Below, piece by piece: positions 17,426 through 27,704 of a stretch of DNA of 64,000 bases; the first letter of the stretch is position 1; each line of letters opens with the position of its first letter. Source of the stretch: an uncultured delta proteobacterium. Its GTDB lineage: Bacteria; Desulfobacterota; Binatia; Binatales; Binataceae. The notes under the pieces were generated by a model. The model was not told where the DNA came from, did not search any database, and saw nothing but the letters and a program-made list of their open reading frames with translations. The stretch spans positions 1,248,001 through 1,312,000 of the forward strand of contig CAVRVY010000001.1 of NCBI GenBank assembly GCA_963724765.1. Direction: 5' to 3'. A program made the position numbers and the translations under genes.

Positions 17426-18478
17426 ATGATGCTGCGCGGAGCGATTTCAGGTTTCGGCGAGGTTGCCGCGCGGGCGCATCTTGCCGGATGGCGTACGCGG
17501 CCCGAGGTCAATATCGTCGCGATTCACGACCCGGTCTCCGAGCGGCGCCATCAGGCGATGCGGCTCATCCCGAACATCCGCGTGTACGACGACCTCGAAT
17601 TGATGCTCGACGGTGAACGCCTGGACTTCGTCGACGTCGCAAGCCCGCCCGCGTGGCATGCGGCGACGGTGCGGATGGCGCTTGCCGCCGGCGCTCACGT
17701 GCTGGTCGAAAAGCCGTTGTGCCTGGAGGCCGGGGAATTCGACTCGCTCCGCGCCGCCGCCTCAAGCCGCGGACGCGCGCTGATGTGCGTTCACAACTGG
17801 AAGTACGCCGCGACCTACCGGGTCGCTCACGACCTCGTCATGGCCGGGCGGCTAGGCGAGATTCGCTACGTCGCGCTCGATCGGTTGCGCACATCGCCGG
17901 CCGGTATCGGCGTCGGTGCGAGCGGCCGATGGCGGTTGGGTGCGATGAGTGGGGGTGGAATCCTGGTCGATCACGGATGGCATGTTTTTTACCTGATGCG
18001 ATGGCTGATGGGCGGTCTCGATCCGGTCGCAATCGCCGCGTTCATGAGCGTCAGCCAGGCAGCGGCGGTCCAACAGGAGAGTCCGGTCGAAGAGGTAGCC
18101 GACCTGAGGGTGATTTTTCCCGGCGATAGAATTTCCTCGGCCCATCTGAGCTGGCGCTCGCCGGTACGGCGCACGCGTGCGATGCTCTACGGCAGCGAAG
18201 CGGCGCTCGAAATCGACGGCGACCGCGTGATGCTGACCGCGCGGTCCGGAAGCTCTGAAGATCTCTCCCCCACGCCTGATGCCGACGATTCCTACCATTC
18301 GGCCTGGTTCGCGGGGATCGCCGCCGACTTCGAGCGCGCGGTCAATCAGATCATCGAGGACGGCGTCGAGTCCGCAACGGCCGCGGAGAACCTCGCCGAA
18401 GCGCGTGCCGCTCTGGCCCTGACACTTGGCGCGCAGGAATCGAGCCGACGAGGGGGTGCTCAGGTTAAACTTGTGTGA
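17426..18478 (+). CDS. Gfo/Idh/MocA-family oxidoreductase
   Basis: GFGEVA Rossmann motif, HVLVEKPL, GGGILVDHGWH. Confidence 0.9.
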   Translation: MMLRGAISGFGEVAARAHLAGWRTRPEVNIVAIHDPVSERRHQAMRLIPNIRVYDDLELMLDGERLDFVDVASPPAWHAATVRMALAAGAHVLVEKPLCLEAGEFDSLRAAASSRGRALMCVHNWKYAATYRVAHDLVMAGRLGEIRYVALDRLRTSPAGIGVGASGRWRLGAMSGGGILVDHGWHVFYLMRWLMGGLDPVAIAAFMSVSQAAAVQQESPVEEVADLRVIFPGDRISSAHLSWRSPVRRTRAMLYGSEAALEIDGDRVMLTARSGSSEDLSPTPDADDSYHSAWFAGIAADFERAVNQIIEDGVESATAAENLAEARAALALTLGAQESSRRGGAQVKLV

Positions 18479-18509
18479 ACGGCCTGTTACTTCCAGTCGC
18501 CGACACCTA

Positions 18510-18559
18510 TTGACTTTAGGTTATCGGACTATAAAGTGCTCATTGACCGGTAGGTTAGC
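18510..18559 (+). promoter_or_regulatory. putative promoter and operator of the tetR-hpn operon
   Basis: TTGACT (18510-15), 16-nt spacer, TAAAGT; then the imperfect palindrome ATTGACCG-GT-AGGTTAGC (18542-59). Confidence 0.4.
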
Positions 18560-18671
18560 GAGTGGCTGAGGGCCATATTCGAGGCTCTCCGAGGGCTCTT
18601 CCGTTTTATCCAGGCTGAGAACTGGCCATGGTCAGAGGAGCCAGCCAGCCAGCGCGTATCCGCCGGGCTAT

Positions 18672-19319
18672 ATGGCGCCCGATTCGCGTTCGATTTCGCC
18701 GGAAAAACCTCAGGATTCGCGGGATGAAATCCTCAAGGCGGGTATCCGTCTGTTCGCCCGCCGCGGTTTTCATGAGACCTCGATGTCCGAGGTGGCGCGC
18801 GATGCGAGGGTCAGTAAGGCGCTGATTTTCTGGCATTTCAAGACCAAAGAGGAGCTGTTCCTCGCGGTCCTCAACCGGTTGCTGGAGCCGTATTTCATTG
18901 ACTTTGCCGAGGAGGTGGGAGCGTTGGACGAGCGCGCGCAGTTGCGCAAGCTGGTGCAGTCGTACCTGCTTTTCATTCGCGACAACGCTCCCTCCGTGCG
19001 TTTTTTCCTCGGCCAACTGCTGCATGGCGAAAAGGTTCCCGAGGAACTGGCCACGCAGGTGATGAAACTGTATGACGGCTATCGCGAATTGATGATAGAC
19101 ATTGTCCGCCGTGCCCAGGAAAAGAATCTGTGCTCGCGCGACATCGCGCCCGAGGCGGCCGCCGGCTTCATGGTGTCGGCGCTAAACGGCTCGCTCATCG
19201 GCTTTTTGTTCGCCGGCGGCACGGCCGACGATCTGGGCGGTGCGGTCAGGATGCTCGAGGAATGGCTGTTCCGCGATCCCGCACAACGCTCGACTGAGGG
19301 CGGCAAAGCCGTCGCTTAA
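18672..19319 (+). CDS. TetR/AcrR-family transcriptional regulator
   Basis: ILKAGIRLFARRGFHETSMSEVARDARVSKALIFWHFKTKEELF HTH. Confidence 0.93.
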   Translation: MAPDSRSISPEKPQDSRDEILKAGIRLFARRGFHETSMSEVARDARVSKALIFWHFKTKEELFLAVLNRLLEPYFIDFAEEVGALDERAQLRKLVQSYLLFIRDNAPSVRFFLGQLLHGEKVPEELATQVMKLYDGYRELMIDIVRRAQEKNLCSRDIAPEAAAGFMVSALNGSLIGFLFAGGTADDLGGAVRMLEEWLFRDPAQRSTEGGKAVA

Positions 19320-19358
19320 CCCTGCTTTTCAGAACCCGATTGGGGGGTAACCATCGAG

Positions 19359-20360
19359 ATGCGAGTACCGCTAAAGCTGATGCTGGATCTTGGCCGCTAC
19401 ATGCGACGCAAGCGCCGCGCGGGGGAGAAATACTTTCCCCTGGTGCTGATGTTGGAGCCGCTGCACGCGTGCAACCTCGCCTGTATCGGGTGCGGACGGA
19501 TCGTGGAATACAAGGACACGATCCGCGACCAGATGCCGCTGGAGGAGGCGCTTGGCGCCGCCGAGGAAGCCGGCGCGCCGATCGTCTCGATCTGCGGCGG
19601 CGAACCGCTGATGTACAAGCACATCGTCCCGCTCACCAAGGGGCTGCTCGAGCGCAAGCGCCACGTGCAGATTTGCACCAACGCGATCCTGCTCGAACGG
19701 TTTATCCGCCACGTCGAGCCCAGCCCCTACCTAAGCTTCAATGTTCATATCGACGGCATGCGCGAGACTCACGACCGCGTGGTTGACCGCAACGGCGTGT
19801 TCGACACCTGCGTGCGCATGATCAAGCTGCTCAAAGAGAAGGGCTATCGAGTGCAGACCAACTCGACCATCTTCCGCGAAACCGGCGCGGAGGAGATCGA
19901 GGATCTGGTCAAGATGCTCGGCGCGCTCGGCGTCGACGGGATGCTGCTCACGCCGGGCTACCACTATCAGGTGCTGACCAACGACGACATCTACCTTAAG
20001 CGTGAGGAGATGCCGCTCAAGTTTAAACGCGTGCGCAAGCTCGCCGAGGACTACAAGATTATCAACACGCCGATTTATCTCGACTACCTGGTGGGCGAGC
20101 GCGACCTGCTATGCAGCCCATGGACCACCGTCACGCGCAACCCGCAAGGCTGGAAGGGCCCCTGCTATCTGATCACCAACGGCCACTACAAGACCTTCGG
20201 CCAGATGCACGCGGCGACCGACTGGGAATACTACCGTACCAAGCAGGACGTCCGATGCCGCGATTGCAAGCTGCACTCCGGCTTCGAGGGCACTGCGGCG
20301 CTGCAGTTTGGTGAGAATCTGAAGGACTCGTGGAGGATGGTGCGTCACTACATGTCCTGA
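19359..20360 (+). CDS. hpnH: adenosylhopane synthase (radical SAM)
   Basis: FPLVLMLEPLHACNLACIGCGRI, GGEPL, CSPW...NPQGWKGPCYL, CRDCKLHSGFE; hopanoid gene context. Confidence 0.93.
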   Translation: MRVPLKLMLDLGRYMRRKRRAGEKYFPLVLMLEPLHACNLACIGCGRIVEYKDTIRDQMPLEEALGAAEEAGAPIVSICGGEPLMYKHIVPLTKGLLERKRHVQICTNAILLERFIRHVEPSPYLSFNVHIDGMRETHDRVVDRNGVFDTCVRMIKLLKEKGYRVQTNSTIFRETGAEEIEDLVKMLGALGVDGMLLTPGYHYQVLTNDDIYLKREEMPLKFKRVRKLAEDYKIINTPIYLDYLVGERDLLCSPWTTVTRNPQGWKGPCYLITNGHYKTFGQMHAATDWEYYRTKQDVRCRDCKLHSGFEGTAALQFGENLKDSWRMVRHYMS

Positions 20361-20458
20361 CCGGACTGGTGCCCGGCGCGCGCGCGACGCACGCCGGCGA
20401 CCCGCTGCGCGGCCGCTGCTGTGCGCGCTAGCTTTGATGGTGAGACGGCGATACCTCG

Positions 20459-21487
20459 ATGGCAGAAGCCAAATCCGACCAGCCCGATCGTGCGCACGCG
20501 CGAAAAGGCGCGGGCGCAGCGCGCGCCAATCCGCGCACCGCGTCGGTCGACGGACAAACGCGCGCGGGTGGCAGCGCGCCGCTGGAAATTGAGCGCTACC
20601 TGCGCGAACGCGCGGCGATCGTCGAGCGGGCGCTCATTGATGCGGTCGCGCAGACCGGCGCTCCGGCCGGGCGGCTGTTCGAGGCGATGCGCTACAGCCT
20701 GCTTGCGGGCGGCAAGCGGCTACGCCCCGTACTAGCGCTGGCGGCGTGCGAAGCGGTGGGCGGCAAGCTTGCTGCCGCGATGGGGTTCGCGTGCGCGATC
20801 GAGATGATTCATACCTACTCACTTATCCACGACGACCTGCCTTGTATGGACGACGATGATCTGCGCCGCGGCCGTCCGACCAATCACAAGATTTACGGCG
20901 AGGCGATCGCGACACTGGCCGGCGACGCGCTTCTGACCGACGCGTTCTGGATGCTCGCCAAATCCCACATCAAGTCCAGCGCGACCTCCGCCAGCGTGCC
21001 CCCCGCGGCCCTGCTCGCGACGATCGCCGAACTGGCCGAGGCGGCGGGCTCAGCCGGGATGGTGGCGGGGCAGGCGATCGATCTGCTCGGTGAAGGCCGC
21101 ACCATGACGGTCGAAGAACTGGAATACCTGCATCGCAGGAAAACCGGCGCGCTTTTTATCGCCGCGGTGCGCGGCGGCGCGCGCCTGGGAGGCGCCGGCG
21201 AGGCCCAGCTCGAGGCCTTGGAGGCTTACGCGCGCGCGCTCGGACTCGCTTTCCAGGTGATCGACGACATCCTCGACGTCGAGGCCTCGACCGAACAGAT
21301 GGGCAAGCGCACCGGCAAGGACGTCGCGCACGGCAAGAACACGTATCCCGGCCTTCTCGGACTGGACAAGTCATGGCAGCTCGCGCGCGACCTGGAGCGG
21401 CGTGCGCATCGCGCGCTCGACGGTTTCGACCATCGCGCCGAACCGCTGCGGGCGCTGGCGAGTTTCGCCGTGGAGCGCAGACTGTGA
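20459..21487 (+). CDS. ispA: polyprenyl (farnesyl/geranylgeranyl) diphosphate synthase
   Basis: GGKRLRP, HTYSLIHDDLPCMDDDDLRRG, FQVIDDILD. Confidence 0.93.
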   Translation: MAEAKSDQPDRAHARKGAGAARANPRTASVDGQTRAGGSAPLEIERYLRERAAIVERALIDAVAQTGAPAGRLFEAMRYSLLAGGKRLRPVLALAACEAVGGKLAAAMGFACAIEMIHTYSLIHDDLPCMDDDDLRRGRPTNHKIYGEAIATLAGDALLTDAFWMLAKSHIKSSATSASVPPAALLATIAELAEAAGSAGMVAGQAIDLLGEGRTMTVEELEYLHRRKTGALFIAAVRGGARLGGAGEAQLEALEAYARALGLAFQVIDDILDVEASTEQMGKRTGKDVAHGKNTYPGLLGLDKSWQLARDLERRAHRALDGFDHRAEPLRALASFAVERRL

Positions 21488-22578
21488 AGCCAACTGCGGC
21501 TGAAAATTTTTCTGCGCCGGTCGCGCCGGCGTCGGAGGTGCGCCGGACCGTGGCGCGCCAGGCCGTGCTGTTCGCGCCGGGCGATCTGCGGCTTTGCGAT
21601 TTTACCCCGCCGCATCCGGGGCCTGGCGAGCTTTTGCTGCGCGTCAAATGCGCGCTTAGTTGCGGCACCGATCTCAAGACCTATCGCCGCGGTCACCCAA
21701 TGTGGCATCTACCCACGCCGTTCGGACACGAGTTCGCGGGCGTGGTGGTCGAGGCTGGCGAGGGCGTGACCGGATTCAAGGCTGGCGACGAGCTGATGGC
21801 GGCGCCGACCGCGCCATGCGGGACCTGCTTCTATTGCCGCCACGGACAGGAAAATCTCTGCCCGCAGGCGATGGAGAAGATGGTCATGGGGGCGTATGCG
21901 GATTTTCTGTTGCTGCCGGCCCATGTGGTTGCGCGCAACGCCTTTCGCAAGCCCGCTGCGCTTTCTTTCGAAGAGGCTGCGCTGCTCGAACCGCTTTCCT
22001 GCATCGTCCATGCGCAGGCCCTTGCGCGGCCTGCTCCCGCCGAGAGCGTGATGGTAATCGGCGCGGGCGCTTTCGGCCTGCTCCACATGCTGGCGCTGCG
22101 CATGGCTGGGGTGCGCGAGGTCGCGGTTGCCGGGCGCGGCGCGGATCGCCTCCAATGGGCGGGACGGCTCGGCGCCGATCGTGTGATCGATACTACCGCG
22201 GGCGATCCCGCGGCCGAAGTCGCGCGGCTCAACGATGGCTTCGGGCCTGACCTGGTGATCGAGTGCACCGGGCAAGTCGAAGGATGGCGTGACGCGTTCG
22301 CGCGGGTGCGGCGCGGCGGCCGGGTGGTGTTCTTCGGTGGATGTGCCGCCGGCACCGCGCTCCAGATCGACACGCGCCGCATGCACTACGATAATCTCAC
22401 GCTGATTGCCCCGTTTCATTTTCGTCCGCGCGACGTGCGCCGCGCCTACGAGTTGCTTGCGGACGGCCGCCTCGGCGCTGGCCGCATCATCAATGCACAT
22501 CGTCCGCTCGCGGAAATCGCCGGGGTCTTTGAAATGCTCGAGCGTGGTACGGTGTTGAAATGCGCGGTCGTTCCCTGA
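21484..22578 (+). CDS. zinc-dependent (MDR, sorbitol/threonine DH-like) alcohol dehydrogenase
   Basis: CGTD, GHEFAG, CGTCFYC...C structural Zn site, LLEPLSC, GAGAFG; GTGA overlap with the ispA stop. Confidence 0.9.
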   Translation: MKPTAAENFSAPVAPASEVRRTVARQAVLFAPGDLRLCDFTPPHPGPGELLLRVKCALSCGTDLKTYRRGHPMWHLPTPFGHEFAGVVVEAGEGVTGFKAGDELMAAPTAPCGTCFYCRHGQENLCPQAMEKMVMGAYADFLLLPAHVVARNAFRKPAALSFEEAALLEPLSCIVHAQALARPAPAESVMVIGAGAFGLLHMLALRMAGVREVAVAGRGADRLQWAGRLGADRVIDTTAGDPAAEVARLNDGFGPDLVIECTGQVEGWRDAFARVRRGGRVVFFGGCAAGTALQIDTRRMHYDNLTLIAPFHFRPRDVRRAYELLADGRLGAGRIINAHRPLAEIAGVFEMLERGTVLKCAVVP

Positions 22579-22685
22579 GGGCATAGCGCCCTGAGGGATG
22601 GCGGCGCGAGGAGAGGAGGGGAGGGGTTGGGAAATCCGAATCCAGCGCTCCGACCGACCGATAACAAGCAGGAATCTTGAACCTT

Positions 22686-24665
22686 ATGAGTGAAGCTATC
22701 GAAATCGCCAACGGCAGAGCCGTGGAACACACGTTCGTTGCGCCTGCGCCGCACGACGAGTCCGCCGCGAAAGTCCAGTCCACCATCGACCGTTCCCAAC
22801 GCGCGCTGCTCGCGCTTCAGCATCCCGAGGGTTACTGGCAGGCTGCGCTTGAGGCCAACGGCGAGATGAACGCGGAGTACATCATCTTCAACCGCTTCAT
22901 GGGCGTCAGCGACCCCGAGATGGATGCCAAGCTCAAGCGCCATCTGCTCGACCTCCAGCAGCCCGACGGAAGCTGGAACCTATTTCCCGGCGGCGAGGGC
23001 GATCTCTCGACTTCAATCGAGGCCTACTTCGCCCTCAAGCTGACCGGGCTGCGCGCCGGCGACGAGCAGATGATGCAGGCGCGCCGATGGATCCTCGCGC
23101 GCGGTGGGATTGCCCGCTCGGGTACGCTCGCGCGCTTTTACCTCGCGGCGATGAACCAGGTGCCGTGGGACTGCACCACCGCGCTGCCGGTGGAATGGAT
23201 TCTCACGCCCGACTGGCTCCCGGTTAACATCTACGAGCTTTCGTCTTGGGCGCGCGGAACGCTGGTCGCGCTGATGCTGCTGCGTGCAGGGCGCCCGGTG
23301 GTCGAGATCGATTGGCGCGAAGGTGTGCTCGAGCTTTACATCCAGCCCCCTCACTTCACCAAGTTCGAGCAGCCGCGTCCGGCGCATTGGTGGTCGCCGC
23401 ACCAGTTCTTCAACCTCGCCGACCGGCTTCTGCGTCTGTACGACCGCCGTCATCTAAAAGGCCTGCGCCGCGACGCCATGGCGCGCGCCGAGCGCTGGCT
23501 GCTCGACCATCAGGACGCCAATGGATCATGGGGCGGAATCCAGCCCTGCTATTTGCTGAGCGCGATGGCGCTGAAGGGGCTCGGCTACCGCAACGACCAT
23601 CCGGTGATGAAAAAGGCGCTCGACGCGACGCACGAGCTCATCTGGGATCAGGGCGATTCGATTCTCTTTCAGCCCTGCGTTTCGCCCAACTGGGACACCG
23701 CGCTCGCCGCCAAGGCGCTGATCGATTCGGGCCTCGCGCCCGAGCATCCGGCGTTGCGCGACGCCTCGAAGTGGCTAATCGATCATCAAATCTTCAAGCG
23801 CGGCGACTGGTCGATTAAGCGGCCCGACCTGGAGCCCGGAGGATGGGCTTTCGAGTTTTTCAACGATTGGTACCCAGACGTCGACGACGCCGCGGTCATC
23901 CTGATGGTGCTCGCGGATTCCGCCACCGATGATGCCGCTGCGCGCGAGCACGCAATCACCAGCGGTGCGAACTGGGTGATGGGCATGCAATCGAAAGACG
24001 GCGGCTTCGCCGCTTTCGACGTCGACAACAAGGCGACCTGGTTCAACTACGCGACCTTCGCCGCCGACACCGAGTCGGCCACTGACCCGGCCTGTCCCGA
24101 CCTGACCGGCCGCGTGCTCGAGATGATGTCGGTGGTTGGCTACCGCGCCGACCATGCGGTCGCGCGCCGCGCGATCGAGTGGCTCAAGCGCGAACAGGAG
24201 GACGACGGCTCCTGGTGGGGGCGCTGGGGGGTAAACTACATCTACGGCACCAGTACGGCGCTCTCGGGATTGCGCGCGATCGGCGTCAGCCCGAGCGAGC
24301 CCTGGATTCAACGCTCGGTCGCCTGGCTCAAGTCGAAGCAGAACGAAGACGGCGGATGGGGTGAGAGCTGTTTGAGCGACAAGGACCCGGCCTGGAGCGG
24401 GCGCGGCGTCAGCACGCCGTCTCAAACCGCGTGGGCGATGATCGGGCTGCTGGCCGGTGAGGACGGTATCGGTACGCATCTGATGCGCGGTCTGCAATGG
24501 CTCCTGGAGCGCCAGCGCGAAACCGGCGATTGGGAGGAGACCGAGTTCACGGGCACCGGCTTTCCCAATCATTTTTACCTGCGCTACCATCTATATGCGC
24601 ACTACTTTCCGCTGATGGCGCTCGGGCGCTTGCGCAAGCGGATGACGGAACTCGCCGCGCACTGA
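22686..24665 (+). CDS. shc: squalene--hopene cyclase
   Basis: YPDVDD catalytic motif, QW repeats (QQPDGSW, QDANGSW, QEDDGSW, QNEDGGW), TGTGFP..FYLRY. Confidence 0.97.
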   Translation: MSEAIEIANGRAVEHTFVAPAPHDESAAKVQSTIDRSQRALLALQHPEGYWQAALEANGEMNAEYIIFNRFMGVSDPEMDAKLKRHLLDLQQPDGSWNLFPGGEGDLSTSIEAYFALKLTGLRAGDEQMMQARRWILARGGIARSGTLARFYLAAMNQVPWDCTTALPVEWILTPDWLPVNIYELSSWARGTLVALMLLRAGRPVVEIDWREGVLELYIQPPHFTKFEQPRPAHWWSPHQFFNLADRLLRLYDRRHLKGLRRDAMARAERWLLDHQDANGSWGGIQPCYLLSAMALKGLGYRNDHPVMKKALDATHELIWDQGDSILFQPCVSPNWDTALAAKALIDSGLAPEHPALRDASKWLIDHQIFKRGDWSIKRPDLEPGGWAFEFFNDWYPDVDDAAVILMVLADSATDDAAAREHAITSGANWVMGMQSKDGGFAAFDVDNKATWFNYATFAADTESATDPACPDLTGRVLEMMSVVGYRADHAVARRAIEWLKREQEDDGSWWGRWGVNYIYGTSTALSGLRAIGVSPSEPWIQRSVAWLKSKQNEDGGWGESCLSDKDPAWSGRGVSTPSQTAWAMIGLLAGEDGIGTHLMRGLQWLLERQRETGDWEETEFTGTGFPNHFYLRYHLYAHYFPLMALGRLRKRMTELAAH

Positions 24666-24681
24666 AGCTCAAGAGGCAGAC

Positions 24682-25869
24682 GTGAAGTCGATTGCAATTC
24701 TCGGCTCCACGGGCTCGGTCGGCGTTACCACGCTTGACGTGGTGGATCGCTTTCACGATCGTTTCCGCGTGGTAGCAATGGCGGCCGGGCGCAACCTCGA
24801 TCTCCTGGTCCGCCAGGTCGAACGCCATCGTCCCGAACTGGTTTCGGTCGCCACGGCCGAACTGGCGGGCGAACTCAAGCGCCGGCTGGGCTCGTCGTGC
24901 AAAACCGAAATCAAGACCGAAATTCATCATGGACTCGAGGGTGCGGTCGCCGCGGCGACGCATCCGGCGGCCGAGATCGTTGTGTCGGCCCTGGTCGGCG
25001 CGCGCGGACTCGGTCCGACTCTGGCTGCGATTGCGGCGGGCAAGGACATCGCGTTCGCCAACAAGGAAGTGCTGGTAATCGCGGGTGAGATGATGACGGC
25101 CGCGGTGCGCGAGCGCGGCGTGCGCCTGTTGCCGGTCGACAGCGAGCACAACGCGATTTTCCAGTGCCTGGAGGGTCGCGGCCGCGCCTCGCTCAAGCGC
25201 ATCATCCTGACCGCGTCGGGCGGTCCGTTTCTCCGCCTCCCATCCGATCGCTTCGCGTCGATAACCGTGGCCGAGGCGCTCAACCATCCCACTTGGCGAA
25301 TGGGCAACAAGATTACGATCGATTCCGCGACCCTGATGAACAAGGGGCTCGAAGTGATCGAGGCGCGCTGGCTGTTCGATCTTCCCGCCGAGCGCATCGC
25401 GGTCATCATCCATCCGCAAAGCGTCATCCATTCGATGGTCGAGATGATCGACGGCTCGGTGATTGCCGAGATGGCCGAGCCGGACATGGCGATCCCGGTA
25501 GCCTACGCGTTGGCTTTTCCCGACCGCCTCCGGCTCGACCATCTGAAATCGCTCTCGCTGGTCGAGCGCGGCAATCTGACTTTCGAAGAGCCCGACCCGC
25601 TGCGCTTTCCATGCCTGCGCCTTGCGTACCAGGCGCTCGAGGCGGGCGGCACGATGGCGGCCTGCCTCAACGCCGCCAACGAGGAACTGGTCGCCGCCTT
25701 CCTGGGCGGGCGGGCGCGCTTCGCCGATATCCCGCGTCATATCGAGACCGTAATGATGCGCCATAAAAACTGCCCCGCGCGCACCCTTGAGGATCTCTAC
25801 GAGGTCGACGGATGGGCCCGCGCCCAGGCGCAGGAGCTGATCGGACAGGCGCCTGCCGCGAGCCTCTGA
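24682..25869 (+). CDS. dxr: 1-deoxy-D-xylulose-5-phosphate reductoisomerase
   Basis: ILGSTGSVG, LPVDSEHNAIFQ, LTASGGPF, HPTWRMGNKITIDSATLMNKGLE. Confidence 0.97.
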   Translation: MKSIAILGSTGSVGVTTLDVVDRFHDRFRVVAMAAGRNLDLLVRQVERHRPELVSVATAELAGELKRRLGSSCKTEIKTEIHHGLEGAVAAATHPAAEIVVSALVGARGLGPTLAAIAAGKDIAFANKEVLVIAGEMMTAAVRERGVRLLPVDSEHNAIFQCLEGRGRASLKRIILTASGGPFLRLPSDRFASITVAEALNHPTWRMGNKITIDSATLMNKGLEVIEARWLFDLPAERIAVIIHPQSVIHSMVEMIDGSVIAEMAEPDMAIPVAYALAFPDRLRLDHLKSLSLVERGNLTFEEPDPLRFPCLRLAYQALEAGGTMAACLNAANEELVAAFLGGRARFADIPRHIETVMMRHKNCPARTLEDLYEVDGWARAQAQELIGQAPAASL

Positions 25870-25870
25870 C

Positions 25871-26803
25871 GTGGACGCCGAGGGCGCCAAAAAACCCAGT
25901 TCCGCGTATCCGTCCGGTGCGCGCACGCCTGTCCCGTTGCCGTCGGCGTTTGAGCCCGACCCCGCGGCGCTCGCCCAGGCCTACGACTTTTGCGCGCATG
26001 TGGCGCGCTCGCACTACGAAAATTTCACCATTGCCTCGTGGCTGATGCCGCGTGCGATGCGCAAGCACATGCATGCGATCTACGCCTACGCGCGCACGGC
26101 CGACGATTTTGCCGACGAGGAGCACAACCCCGCCAAGCTCGATGAATGGGAGCGCGAACTCGACTTGGCTTACGCTGGCGTGCCGAACCATCCGGTCTTC
26201 GTCGCGCTGGCCGACACTACACGCCATTTCGATATTCCGCGCGAGCCGTTCGCCGACCTGCTGCATGCCTTTCGCTCCGACCTCGACTTTCGCGGCTTCG
26301 AAACCATCGATGATCTGCTGGGCTACGCGCGCTACTCGGCCAATCCCGTCGGCCGGCTGGTGCTCTACCTGTTCGGCTACCGCGACGCCGAGCGCCAGCG
26401 TCTGTCCGACCAGGTGTGCAGCGGACTTCAGTTCGCCAACTTCTGGCAGGACGTCGCCGTCGATCTCGAAAAGGGGCGCGTCTATCTGCCGCTTCAAGAC
26501 ATGGCGCGGTTCGGCGTGAGCCTCGAAGACCTGCGCGTGCACAATGCGAACTCGAACTTCGTTGCGCTGATGCGCCATGAGGTCGCCCGCGCGCGCGAAT
26601 TGCTGGTGTCGGGCGCGGCGCTCGCGACGATGGTGGATAGGCGGCTCTCGCGCGACATCATGATGTTCGCCGGCGGAGGCTTGGCGATCCTGCGCGCCAT
26701 CGAGCGGGCGGACTACGACGTGTTCCGCCGCCGCCCCTCGCTCGGCAAATTCGACTACCTGCGCCTGGGCTGGCGGGCGCTGCGAGGGCGGCTTGAAACC
26801 TGA
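25871..26803 (+). CDS. hpnC: squalene synthase HpnC (hydroxysqualene synthase)
   Basis: HYENF, YARTADDFADE, YSANPVGRLVL, NFWQDVAVD..KGRVYLP. Confidence 0.92.
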   Translation: MDAEGAKKPSSAYPSGARTPVPLPSAFEPDPAALAQAYDFCAHVARSHYENFTIASWLMPRAMRKHMHAIYAYARTADDFADEEHNPAKLDEWERELDLAYAGVPNHPVFVALADTTRHFDIPREPFADLLHAFRSDLDFRGFETIDDLLGYARYSANPVGRLVLYLFGYRDAERQRLSDQVCSGLQFANFWQDVAVDLEKGRVYLPLQDMARFGVSLEDLRVHNANSNFVALMRHEVARARELLVSGAALATMVDRRLSRDIMMFAGGGLAILRAIERADYDVFRRRPSLGKFDYLRLGWRALRGRLET

Positions 26804-27698
26804 GAACCTCGCGGTTGCGCCGCTGCCCCAAGCGCGTGCGGCGCTGCGCAAGGATTACGCGCGCTGCGCGTCGATCACGCGCCGTTCTTCGTCCAACTTT
26901 TATTACGCTTTCATGCTGCTGCCGGCGGAGCGCCGCCAGGCATTGTACTCGGTCTACGCGTTTTGCCGCTTCGTCGATGATATTGCGGACGACCAGTCAG
27001 TGGGCGGCCATCCCGCCGAACTGCTGACGCGCTGGCGCGAGGAACTCGAGCGCGTATACAACGGCTCGCCGACCCATCCGATATCCCGCGCGCTAGCCCA
27101 CAACGTGCGCCGCTTCGCGATCCCGCGCCGCTACTTCGAAGAGATAATCGACGGCGTCGAGATGGATCTCGGACGTACGCGCTATGCGACTTTCGACGAG
27201 CTTCGTCTCTACTGCTACCGCGTCGCCTCGGCGGTCGGCCTGGTGTGTATCGAAATTTTCGGCTATCGCAACCCGCGCGCCCGCGAGTACGCGGAGAACC
27301 TGGGCATCGCCTTCCAGCTCACCAACATCATCCGCGACTTGAGCGAAGACGCCGCCCGTGGCCGCATCTATCTGCCGCTGGAAGACCTCGCGCGCTTCGG
27401 CGTGACCGAGGACGAAATTCTGCGCAGCGTCGACACTCCCGAGCTTCGCCGCCTGCTTGAGTCCGAGGTCGAACGGGCGCGATCGTTCTACGCGCAAGCG
27501 GAACAGGCGCTTGCGGGCGAGGACCGCGCCGCGATGGTGTGTGCGGAAGCGATGCGCTCAATTTATCGCGCACTGCTCGAGCAGATCGCGAGCAAGGGCT
27601 GCGGCGTCGTCGGCCGGCGCCATCGTATTTCCACCCCGCGCAAGCTCTACCTGGTCGGCCGCACGTGGGCCGGCACGCGGCTGCGAGCGAGGAGCTAG
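26793..27698 (+). CDS. hpnD: presqualene diphosphate synthase
   Basis: SNFYYAF, YAFCRFVDDIAD, YCYRVASAVG, QLTNIIRD..ED..RGRIYLP. Confidence 0.92.
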   Translation: MKPENLAVAPLPQARAALRKDYARCASITRRSSSNFYYAFMLLPAERRQALYSVYAFCRFVDDIADDQSVGGHPAELLTRWREELERVYNGSPTHPISRALAHNVRRFAIPRRYFEEIIDGVEMDLGRTRYATFDELRLYCYRVASAVGLVCIEIFGYRNPRAREYAENLGIAFQLTNIIRDLSEDAARGRIYLPLEDLARFGVTEDEILRSVDTPELRRLLESEVERARSFYAQAEQALAGEDRAAMVCAEAMRSIYRALLEQIASKGCGVVGRRHRISTPRKLYLVGRTWAGTRLRARS

Positions 27699-27704
27699 CC
27701 CGCG

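Noticed and set aside
24901-24924. 12-bp tandem duplication (KTEI-KTEI) in dxr, and the 9-bp ASQ x3 repeat at about 44633-44659
   Set aside because: In-frame slippage in variable loops or tails; no sign of functional significance.
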